A stretch of DNA of 64,000 bases, taken from IMG/VR virus record IMGVR_UViG_3300045988_097942; one strand, 5' to 3'. The translations under genes were made by a program, and so were the position numbers. Below the pieces are notes generated by a model. That model was not told the origin of the DNA. It made no database searches and saw only the letters and a list, made by a program, of their open reading frames with translations. Origin of the DNA: a virus. Below are positions 20,073 to 28,514 of this stretch, in pieces (within the stretch, counting starts at the first letter, position 1; each line of letters starts with the position of its first letter).

Positions 20073-21614
20073 TCAAAACGCACTTGTCTCTATGCTTGTT
20101 TTTACTTTTATTTTTAAATCTTCAATTTCCATTAATTCAAATTGATAATTTGTTACAAACATTGGCTCAATTCGACAAGTTCCTCTATCCGCTCTACACC
20201 ATAATAAAATATTTTTATATCTACCTCTACGATTTTTATATACAGATATTTTAATTACTGGAGTATCAAATCCGCCTTGCTGAATAATATCGGATAATGC
20301 TGTTAAATCATCTTGAGACACTTCAAGCATAATCATACCAACATCAATTTTATCTGCAATAGATTTAGCTCCACGTAATAAATTTTGGTCATACTGTTCA
20401 GCACTTCTATATTCTGCATTCAACTGTGTAGCTGTCATAATAAAAATACCATATTCGTTACATAAATCTTTTAATCTAATAGAAATCATAAATAAAATAT
20501 TATCTTCTCTTAATCCTTTTACACCAGACTTAGAAGAAATCTCACTTAAAATTTTCATACTAGAATGAATATAATCAAAGAAAACATAACGAGTATTATG
20601 CTCTCGAACTTCACGTTTAATAGTATTTTCAATATCTTTTAAAGAGAAATCAGGTAATTGGTCTACATATACTGGACTTTTAGCTAAAAGATTTGCTGCA
20701 TATGTTACTCGTTCCCATTCTCCAGGATAGTATTCTCCATTGATAATATGCTCCTCATTCACATCAGCTAAAAATGCTATCATCATGGTTTGAATTTCTT
20801 CAAGTTCCTGCTCTGTTGTAATAAATAATACAGGTTCTTTATTTCCATTCTCAACCCATTTACCTTCAGTTGAACTATATATCTGGTTACATCCAATAGA
20901 ACATACATCTGCAATCATTGAACGAGTTTTACCTACGCCAGTTGCTGCGGAACGAAGATAAAATTTCTTTAATCTAGCTCCACGTGTAATAGTATTAAAG
21001 ATTGGACCATATAATGGATAACCTATTTCTGGAGTTTCTTTAAAGCGATTAAGCAATTCTAATGCACCTTCACCCGCACTTACCGCACCGCCGATACAAT
21101 TATCAATATATTTTAATCTAATATCAGTTATTTTTCTATCTATTAAATCAGCTATATCTTCAATAGAAGTATTATCTAACCAATCTTCTTGAGCCTGTTT
21201 TTTCTTTGTATCCATAATATTATCAGGGTCATACAACCAAGATAAATTCATACCAATACTTTCATACATTCTAAATAAAGTCATTTTCTTCATTCGAGTG
21301 TAATAATAATCAAAAGCAGCTATTTGGGTAGATTGTTTAATCTTTTCCAAATATTCTTGCCCTTTATTGGCTTTATATATAGCTAATTTTTTTGGTCTTT
21401 GTTCAAGATAATCTTCAATCGCATTTAATGGAATTTCTTCAGCACCAAGAGCATGAAGATTATAAATAGACCCAAATAAAACTTGATGAAATTCTTCAGT
21501 AAAATCTTCTTCATTAAAATGATATTTATCTTCCGCATCTAATAAAGAAGGATTATTATAAATGGCACCTATTACTTGAACAATAGATGCTGAATCTGTA
21601 TATTTACTACCCAT
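20073..21614 (-). CDS. Replicative DNA helicase, DnaB family
   Basis: 513 aa with Walker A SAATGVGKTRS and a RecA-like C-terminal domain, located beside the primase. Confidence 0.65.
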   Translation of the reverse strand: MGSKYTDSASIVQVIGAIYNNPSLLDAEDKYHFNEEDFTEEFHQVLFGSIYNLHALGAEEIPLNAIEDYLEQRPKKLAIYKANKGQEYLEKIKQSTQIAAFDYYYTRMKKMTLFRMYESIGMNLSWLYDPDNIMDTKKKQAQEDWLDNTSIEDIADLIDRKITDIRLKYIDNCIGGAVSAGEGALELLNRFKETPEIGYPLYGPIFNTITRGARLKKFYLRSAATGVGKTRSMIADVCSIGCNQIYSSTEGKWVENGNKEPVLFITTEQELEEIQTMMIAFLADVNEEHIINGEYYPGEWERVTYAANLLAKSPVYVDQLPDFSLKDIENTIKREVREHNTRYVFFDYIHSSMKILSEISSKSGVKGLREDNILFMISIRLKDLCNEYGIFIMTATQLNAEYRSAEQYDQNLLRGAKSIADKIDVGMIMLEVSQDDLTALSDIIQQGGFDTPVIKISVYKNRRGRYKNILLWCRADRGTCRIEPMFVTNYQFELMEIEDLKIKVKTSIETSAF

Positions 21615-21617
21615 AGT

Positions 21618-22127
21618 CTACTCCTCATCTTCAAATAAAAGTCTAATTCTCTTTGGCTGAACTCTTGGCGGTAATATTTCAATTACTTTTTCCTTTGGTT
21701 TATATATTTCTATATCTTTACTTTCATTAGCCAATTTTGCCAAATATAAAGTATAATAATATTTTAATGCATCATTATAGACATAAGGAATAATACCAAT
21801 TCCGCCATTTGCTTTTTCTGTTGAATTTCCTTTAATTTCATACCAATAAATTAGAGTCTTTAAAATTCCACTATAAGTAAAATTATATTGTTCTTTATAC
21901 TCTTTAAGTTGCTTCCGCACTTTGGCATTAACATAAGGTTCATCAAAAAGATGCATTATATATTTTTCTAATGCTTCTAAATCTTTTTCCTCTTGACTTT
22001 TATTTGCTTCATGTTTTTCCGCACATTCTTTATGAGCATATCGACGTGCGGATACTTGGGTAGTAGGCTCTTTATCCCGGTTAAATCGTTCTCCGCAATA
22101 AACACAAGTTACATAATGCGCTGCCAT
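21618..22127 (-). CDS. Hypothetical zinc-ribbon protein
   Basis: CVYCGERF...HKEC. Confidence 0.35.
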   Translation of the reverse strand: MAAHYVTCVYCGERFNRDKEPTTQVSARRYAHKECAEKHEANKSQEEKDLEALEKYIMHLFDEPYVNAKVRKQLKEYKEQYNFTYSGILKTLIYWYEIKGNSTEKANGGIGIIPYVYNDALKYYYTLYLAKLANESKDIEIYKPKEKVIEILPPRVQPKRIRLLFEDEE

Positions 22128-22163
22128 ATGATACCTCTTTTTCTTTAATATTCTTACTATTTA

Positions 22164-22192
22164 ATTATATCATATTTTTTTAAATAAATCAA
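22164..22192 (-). promoter_or_regulatory. Sigma70-like promoter TTGATT-N17-TATAAT, fused to the preceding terminator
   Basis: Minus strand reads cctcatTTTGATTtatttaaaaaaatatgaTATAAT. Confidence 0.6.
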
Positions 22193-22230
22193 AATGAGGC
22201 GTGTCTTATTTAGACCACGCCTCATTTTTC
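22190..22230 (-). terminator. Rho-independent terminator
   Basis: atgaggcgtg/cacgcctcat 10-bp stem plus a U-run. Confidence 0.7.
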
Positions 22231-23265
22231 TTATGCTTTTGTTTGAACTAATTCCTTTAAATCTGTAACAATTAAATCAAGTGCTTCTGTTTGCTCTCTT
22301 GAACACTGATTTACTTTCTGTCCTTTTCCCAAATATTTCTCAGTAATCTGAATAATTCTTGGTTGCCAATAATTTTGGAATTTTTCTTCATTATTATTTT
22401 CAATAATACTATTAACAATGTTATTAAATGTTACTACAAGTTCATCAAAATCAAGTTCTTGTGTAACTTCCGCATAAACATTTGTTCTTTCATCTGTAAA
22501 GAACTCAGCTCCATCCTCTTGCATTTGTTTATCAATAGCATCACCGATTGCTTTTACTAAATCATTATAAGTAAAATCAATATAATCAGGAGTATATTTA
22601 AAGCGGCTACCAGCTATATAACGTGGAGTTCCGCGCATAAACAATTTAGTTGTAGTTGTTCCATCTTCATTTTGAATTGCTCTTGAATATCCAATAATAT
22701 CGCACATACGAGAAACAATATTTCTTGGTTTACTTCCAAGTGTAGGTACAATCTGATTAAATTCTTTACCAGTTTCATCAGTAAATGTTTTATCTACTGC
22801 ATGGCTAATAAGAACAAGACCGTAACCCATTTGAACAATGTTTCTCAAACTTTCATCAAATTCTTTAGCAATCATTGTATATCCCTTACCAAAAGGAATA
22901 TCTCCAATAGAGTCTACGCCAAAACCACCGTCTGAACGTTTTGCATTTGCACAAATATATTTTTCACAAAGGTCATATGCAATATCAGCAGTATCAACAA
23001 TAATTGTTTCAAATTTTTCTTTTACTTTTGGGTCTGGTAATTGTTTTAAGACTTTCTTAAATTCAGCCCATGAGTTAATTGGCTGTGCCATAGCTCCAGG
23101 AATTGCATTATAACCTTTTTCAAAAGCTAAAAGCAAATGTCTTGGAAATTTTGTGGCAATAGTTGTTTTACCAGATTTTGGCTCGCCATAGAAAAATACT
23201 GAATATCCTCTTAAATCGCGGCTAACTTGATGTGGCGCAATATCTAATAAATTAATTCCATTCAT
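22231..23265 (-). CDS. AAA_24 family ATPase (Sak4-like recombination ATPase)
   Basis: YGEPKSGKTT Walker A, 344 aa. Confidence 0.55.
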   Translation of the reverse strand: MNGINLLDIAPHQVSRDLRGYSVFFYGEPKSGKTTIATKFPRHLLLAFEKGYNAIPGAMAQPINSWAEFKKVLKQLPDPKVKEKFETIIVDTADIAYDLCEKYICANAKRSDGGFGVDSIGDIPFGKGYTMIAKEFDESLRNIVQMGYGLVLISHAVDKTFTDETGKEFNQIVPTLGSKPRNIVSRMCDIIGYSRAIQNEDGTTTTKLFMRGTPRYIAGSRFKYTPDYIDFTYNDLVKAIGDAIDKQMQEDGAEFFTDERTNVYAEVTQELDFDELVVTFNNIVNSIIENNNEEKFQNYWQPRIIQITEKYLGKGQKVNQCSREQTEALDLIVTDLKELVQTKA

Positions 23266-23340
23266 TTCCTATTTTATCTCCTTATATTCGTCCTAATTTT
23301 AAGTTTAAAATATAAGAGAGACTAAGCTCTCTTATATTTA

Positions 23341-24294
23341 TTAAAAGTTAAAGCCACCTTTAGCTGTAACTGGAGTGCTCATAGCACCTGCTGCAAACGC
23401 GCTTGCCTGTGCAGAAGTTTTTTGAGCGCGATATTCATCTGCTCTCTTCTTAATATCTGCCAAGTATACTTCTCTATCTTGCATAGCTTTGGTAATATCA
23501 TCAGAAGTTAAAACTTTTTCATCACCAAAATCATAAGGAATTTTTGCTGTACCAGTAATAGTCCATTCTTTAGTTTTTCTCTCGTATGTCTTAACCGCAG
23601 CTTCTCCAAATGCAGACTCCTCTGTTCTCTCAACTGTAGTTGTTGTAGCATTAATTTTACCCCATACCTTAGTAAAGATAGGCTCTGCAGGAGTTACACC
23701 TAAATCTTCAAAATATTTCATACCTGCTGCATTTCTTACTACAAATTCAACTGGCAATAAAGCATTTCTAAAGTTAAATACTGCTCCACGAACTGCTATA
23801 TAAGGCTCTGTAATGTTCTTTTCTTCATCAGCTTCAACTAAATTTACATTAGTAATAAGCATATCAGTAGTGAAAGTATTTCTTTCATTCTCTGGACATA
23901 ACTCACCAATAATTGTAACAAATCCGCCTTCATTTGTCTTTACGGATACTAAAGAACCATCCTGTGCATAGAAATCATTTAATGCTAATGCAGTATCAAT
24001 CTTTACTCTTGTTGCCAAATCCTTACCGTCTGTAATAATTGCTTTACCTTCGTCAATAATTTTCTTTAATGCTGCGAAAGTAGCATTTTTTCCGCCAGAC
24101 TTTGTAGTTTCTGTAATGTATGTAAAATGTACTTGAAGTACATTAAGTCCTTCCTCATCTGTTGCAATATCTAACGTACCTGCAATAAACTCTTTACCGA
24201 AGTTAGCTGACTGCTGATTCTGAACTGTCTTTACTGCTAAGTCATGCTGATAAATTCTACCTTCAATATGTTCCTGATTAATCATCTGTTTCAT
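23341..24294 (-). CDS. Hypothetical protein, possibly an ssDNA-binding protein
   Basis: Sits between the recombination ATPase and replication genes; ends in GGFNF. No clear motif. Confidence 0.25.
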   Translation of the reverse strand: MKQMINQEHIEGRIYQHDLAVKTVQNQQSANFGKEFIAGTLDIATDEEGLNVLQVHFTYITETTKSGGKNATFAALKKIIDEGKAIITDGKDLATRVKIDTALALNDFYAQDGSLVSVKTNEGGFVTIIGELCPENERNTFTTDMLITNVNLVEADEEKNITEPYIAVRGAVFNFRNALLPVEFVVRNAAGMKYFEDLGVTPAEPIFTKVWGKINATTTTVERTEESAFGEAAVKTYERKTKEWTITGTAKIPYDFGDEKVLTSDDITKAMQDREVYLADIKKRADEYRAQKTSAQASAFAAGAMSTPVTAKGGFNF

Positions 24295-24371
24295 GTTTGT
24301 TCTTTCTCCTATTCTTTAATTTATGACTTAAACATTTCATACATATATTATATCAAAAATTTTTAAATGTG

Positions 24372-24752
24372 TCAAATATTACTTAAATCTTTATCAATTC
24401 CCTTTTGCGAAATTTCATATGCTACAGGGTCGGTCCCAATTTTATTAACAAAACCTTCTGTGATAAGTTTCTTCATTGACCCGGATACAGAACGAGAAGA
24501 TATAAATAATCCTTCTCCAATTTCTTTAGATTTAAACACATTATTATATTTTTGATAATTTTCTTGCATATATTTGAGAATTTTTGCACCATTCTCAGTT
24601 ATTTCTGGTTTTGGACCAGTAGTTTTTTCAGATTTTAATTCTTCAAAAAAATCTAAAGCCATACAATTTTCTTTATCTTTTTTTAATTCCTCAATATCGC
24701 ATGGCTTTAATAAATCCTCAACCATTTTAATAAAAGCTTCTTTTTTTGTCAT
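24372..24752 (-). CDS. Hypothetical winged-helix DNA-binding protein
   Basis: Acidic N-terminus; C-terminal segment SRSVSGSMKKLITEGFV is HTH-like. Confidence 0.35.
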   Translation of the reverse strand: MTKKEAFIKMVEDLLKPCDIEELKKDKENCMALDFFEELKSEKTTGPKPEITENGAKILKYMQENYQKYNNVFKSKEIGEGLFISSRSVSGSMKKLITEGFVNKIGTDPVAYEISQKGIDKDLSNI

Positions 24753-24840
24753 TACTAATTAAACTCACTTTCTTTAATATAATTTCTTTTTTCTTATAAT
24801 TATATTATAACATTTTTTAATTAGTAAATCAACTATTTTA

Positions 24841-25743
24841 CTACGAATCTTGTTTAACCTCTTCGTCAATAAAGATGAACTCTTGAGCATATGGAAGAGT
24901 TCTTGCCCATTGAATAAAACTTTGTTCTACAGGAGTATGAATACCTGACCATTCATTTAATTTATGATTGCGGCGTTGACTCTTAGAACAAATAGCCAAA
25001 AGGTTCTCATAGTTAAAAGTTACTGTTCTTGTCTGTAACCAACTTTCAGGTAACCAACGAATTAACTCCTTCCAGTAACGAACATCTTTAGTTTCAAGAT
25101 ATTTTAAACGAAGTCCTTCTAACATATCTATTAGACGCACTATTGTTTTCTTACTATCATAGCAACTTACACATTCTCCAATAGGAACTCCATTCCAATT
25201 TAAACTATCAGTATAATCATCTATTTCAAAACAATCAAGAGTAATAGGCTTTGAAGTTAATTTATGCATTGTAGATGTGCTATTTGCAACTGTACCCACT
25301 TTATAAGTATCAAATTCTTTCCACCAATAAAGTGGAGCAGTAATATCAACAGATACAAATATTTGACGCATAAACTTACGATGTTCTGGTCCTGCTTTAA
25401 TAAGTTGTTGCGCTAAACGCATATCATTTGGACCTATATGAGCAACTTCCGCGATTTCTGGATATTTTTGAGAATCTGTTTGTAAAGTTCCATTTTTAAT
25501 TAACCATTGGTCAATATTATTAAATTCTTTATTTAATTCTTTATTATCATATTCATATCCATATAAATCCATATCAGGATGTTTTTTTTGCATCCATGCT
25601 TCAGTTACTTCATAATCTTGCTCTGTATCGTTTAAATTAAGTAAACCAAAAAAGCTATCACTCTTATCCCAACTATTTTTAGGATTTCTCATACCTCTTA
25701 ATGCATTTTTAAAATTCATTACTTGTGTATTTTCAAATTTCAT
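24841..25743 (-). CDS. Hypothetical protein
   Basis: 300 aa. A weak ThyX-like pattern (APLYWW...STSTMH) lacks the RHR motif, so no function is assigned. Confidence 0.4.
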   Translation of the reverse strand: MKFENTQVMNFKNALRGMRNPKNSWDKSDSFFGLLNLNDTEQDYEVTEAWMQKKHPDMDLYGYEYDNKELNKEFNNIDQWLIKNGTLQTDSQKYPEIAEVAHIGPNDMRLAQQLIKAGPEHRKFMRQIFVSVDITAPLYWWKEFDTYKVGTVANSTSTMHKLTSKPITLDCFEIDDYTDSLNWNGVPIGECVSCYDSKKTIVRLIDMLEGLRLKYLETKDVRYWKELIRWLPESWLQTRTVTFNYENLLAICSKSQRRNHKLNEWSGIHTPVEQSFIQWARTLPYAQEFIFIDEEVKQDS

Positions 25744-25780
25744 TTAAGTCTCCTTATTTATAACAATTTCTAATTAATAA

Positions 25781-26695
25781 TTATTTATTTCCTTTAGTAG
25801 AATTATATGAATAAATATTAGATTGATATAGTTCTATCCAAAATTTTTCTTTTTCATTAAGTTGTTCTCTTGGACATTCTTCCATTAATTCAAAAGAGAA
25901 ATTCCATATTCCATCTTTTTGCATAGCATTATAAAGTTTATTAGTTGCGGAAGCCTCGATTCCAAGTCCGCACTTACAATGGTCTTTCCATCTTTGAGCT
26001 ACATCTACAGACTGACCAATATAACATTGTTGCGTTTTTAGATTAGTAATTTTATAAATACCACAAATCTTTTTAGTTCCTAAAATACGATTACACATTT
26101 CAGTTGTTTGTTTTTGAAAATAAGTAGACCATATTAATTTACTTAAAATAACAGGTTGATGCAATGATAATTTTACTGTTTCTAATTTCATTACATCTTC
26201 TAAATCTTTATCTGAAATACTTAATTTATAAAATTGCAAATTTTGTTCTTTTTCCATTTCGCGGAGATTGGCTTGAACGCCAGCACTAAGAGCTTCCCGC
26301 ATTTTATTAAGTTCTTTTTCACAAAGCTCTTTTTCCGTTATTAAATTTTGCATTTTTATATCATATTCTTGTTCAGCTTTAATATAACTTTGCTCTAAAG
26401 TATGTAAATATTGTTCACTAGCATAAGAGAGATTTTCTTTATATAAATTTATTTGTTCAGAAATATTATTTTTTTCTTTTTCATGTTGTTCTTCAAAAAT
26501 TTGTTTTTCTTTTTCTATATCTAAAATTAGCTTTGTTCTCTGTTTGCAAAGTTTATCATATTCTTCTTGAAGTTTTTCAAATTCTGATTGTTCAATTTGT
26601 TTAGAAACTGTTATTTTATTTGCGTCTATATAAAATTTTATACCTGCTCCTAAAATACATAGAGCAAGTATAAAAAATAATATTTCAAATATCAT
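25781..26695 (-). CDS. Membrane-anchored coiled-coil protein with a C-terminal GIY-YIG nuclease domain
   Basis: N-terminal TM helix ILFFILALCILGAGI, about 170 aa of coiled coil, then ICGIYKITNLKTQQCYIGQSVDVAQRWKDH. Confidence 0.6.
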   Translation of the reverse strand: MIFEILFFILALCILGAGIKFYIDANKITVSKQIEQSEFEKLQEEYDKLCKQRTKLILDIEKEKQIFEEQHEKEKNNISEQINLYKENLSYASEQYLHTLEQSYIKAEQEYDIKMQNLITEKELCEKELNKMREALSAGVQANLREMEKEQNLQFYKLSISDKDLEDVMKLETVKLSLHQPVILSKLIWSTYFQKQTTEMCNRILGTKKICGIYKITNLKTQQCYIGQSVDVAQRWKDHCKCGLGIEASATNKLYNAMQKDGIWNFSFELMEECPREQLNEKEKFWIELYQSNIYSYNSTKGNK

Positions 26696-26705
26696 CTTAT
26701 TTACC

Positions 26706-26736
26706 TATAAAAAAATGCGGGGCAATTAGCCCCGCT
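26706..26736 (-). terminator. Rho-independent terminator
   Basis: gcggggc/gccccgc stem plus a U-run. Confidence 0.7.
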
Positions 26737-26753
26737 GTCATTAAAGTATATAA

Positions 26754-27029
26754 TTAAGCCTTCTCAGGTTCTGGAGCATCTGGGTCGAAAGACTCGCCTT
26801 CAGCTGTCAGCTTGATAAACTTAACTGGCTTATGTGTGCCATCTTCCAACTCAATCTCAGCAGGAATTCTTTCCATTAAGCCCTTCTTCTGGAAGGCAGA
26901 AGTAACGATACCATTTACGCTACGAACCTCAAGTCCAGTAGCCTCTGCGATATCTGCCGCAGTAACATTTGCTCCACCTAGACTCTTTACATAATCAAAT
27001 ACTTTTCTTGAATTTTCTTTTAATGCCAT
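26754..27029 (-). CDS. Hypothetical small protein, probably DNA-binding
   Basis: 91 aa, HTH-like segment ADIAEATGLEVRSVNGIV. Confidence 0.35.
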   Translation of the reverse strand: MALKENSRKVFDYVKSLGGANVTAADIAEATGLEVRSVNGIVTSAFQKKGLMERIPAEIELEDGTHKPVKFIKLTAEGESFDPDAPEPEKA

Positions 27030-27120
27030 TGTTTTTATTCTCCTTGTTTTAAATAATAATATTATAGTATTTTTTAGAGATTATCTTATCTCTTGATGAT
27101 TATATTATATCAAAAAATTT

Positions 27121-27312
27121 TCATTTTGTCAATAATTTTTTTCTTTGAATATAATCATCTAATAACAAAACATCCTCAAAAGAGAGGGAAGACATTATAT
27201 TTTCAATTTTTTGTTGATTTTCTTGAACATTTTTGCCCAAAAGTAATTCTTTTTCCGCTTTCACTATCTTTTGAGCAGCTATTTTTAAATGTTTGTTTTG
27301 TTTATCTTTCAT
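27121..27312 (-). CDS. Hypothetical small protein
   Basis: ORF with its own class-A promoter-like sequence upstream. Confidence 0.3.
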   Translation of the reverse strand: MKDKQNKHLKIAAQKIVKAEKELLLGKNVQENQQKIENIMSSLSFEDVLLLDDYIQRKKLLTK

Positions 27313-27343
27313 ATATCTATTATATCAAAAAATTTTAAATTTT

Positions 27344-28483
27344 TCAAAATATCGCAGATAAAGTGCAATCCTTTGCATTCTTATCATCATGTATACCCTT
27401 ATAAAAGCCATGACGTATAGTATGCTCCTTGTTGTCCTTTTCCATACATTGTATCTTGCATACTTTATTTAACCATAACTCTGGATGTTCGCTCATAGAT
27501 TGTTTCATTTCATCAGAAATACCTGAATGAATTGTTCCTATATTAACAAGAACACCATTTTCATCATAAGCACCAATTTTAATACGAGCATTAAACCAAC
27601 CCATATAATATGGTTTAGTTACTAATACACTCTTATGATTAATATTTCTATATGAAAACCAGCCTTTATCTGACCTTTCGCATTCTATCCACTCACCATT
27701 TGCATCTTTTTCATAACAGATACAATAATTCCATGTATCAGATTCACTTCCATAATACTCCTTAGTTGGTTCTTCAAATCCAATGATAATTGCATCAGCA
27801 AAATCAACCTTTTTCGCTTTCAAATTAGTATCAGGTCTTTTTCCAGGCTCATAAATACCAGTTTTCTTTTTAATAACCATACCTTCTTCACCTGAATCAA
27901 GAGCAATACCAACTCTTTCATAAAGATTATCTTCCCAAGCTTCAGCTAATTCAATAAAAGAATAATTACTTAAATTATGTAACTCATAAATTTTCTGTAA
28001 GATTTTATATCTCATTTCATTATTTACTTTGTTACGAACTAAATCAACTCCATCATACATAATAATATCATGTAAATAATAATGAATTTGTCCCCACTTG
28101 CCATTTTGACGCTCAATAGCTTTAGCAGGAAGACATCCCATGATTTCAGTGCAATTTTTTGAACTTCCGCCTGGATAATATATTTCTCCAACTAAAATAG
28201 TATGAGGTGGTAAACAATCAAGAGCTTGAATTATATGAGGAACATTTTCAGATTTTTCAGCTTGTAATCCAGTCTTTTTACTTGCAGAACGAGAAAATAA
28301 ATAAGAATGATTCTCATGCTTTTCAAACTGATACCAATATCCATCTTTCTTTAGCTGACCAAAATATTCTCCACTATCACAAGCTTTTTTAAGAGAAGCA
28401 TCTGTACTTTGATGAATTAACATAGATTCATACATTATTGCTTCTGGATATAATTCTTTAATTTTCTCTTTATCAAATGCCAT
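27344..28483 (-). CDS. ATP-dependent DNA ligase
   Basis: Nucleotidyltransferase motifs: KKDGYW (motif I KxDG), EGMVIKK (motif IV) and LKAKK (motif V). Confidence 0.65.
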   Translation of the reverse strand: MAFDKEKIKELYPEAIMYESMLIHQSTDASLKKACDSGEYFGQLKKDGYWYQFEKHENHSYLFSRSASKKTGLQAEKSENVPHIIQALDCLPPHTILVGEIYYPGGSSKNCTEIMGCLPAKAIERQNGKWGQIHYYLHDIIMYDGVDLVRNKVNNEMRYKILQKIYELHNLSNYSFIELAEAWEDNLYERVGIALDSGEEGMVIKKKTGIYEPGKRPDTNLKAKKVDFADAIIIGFEEPTKEYYGSESDTWNYCICYEKDANGEWIECERSDKGWFSYRNINHKSVLVTKPYYMGWFNARIKIGAYDENGVLVNIGTIHSGISDEMKQSMSEHPELWLNKVCKIQCMEKDNKEHTIRHGFYKGIHDDKNAKDCTLSAIF

Positions 28484-28514
28484 TAAATATATTCTCCTTT
28501 ATAACATCTGCGGT

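Noticed and set aside
24841-25743. Flavin-dependent thymidylate synthase (ThyX) assignment for the 300-aa protein
   Set aside because: Only a loose resemblance to the ThyX core. The diagnostic RHR...S motif is absent, so it stays hypothetical.
27344-28483. Second RNA ligase or mRNA capping enzyme instead of DNA ligase
   Set aside because: Motif IV EGMVIKK and the overall length of about 380 aa match compact ATP-dependent DNA ligases (T7-like). The distinct Rnl-type enzyme at 43468..44679 covers the RNA ligase role.
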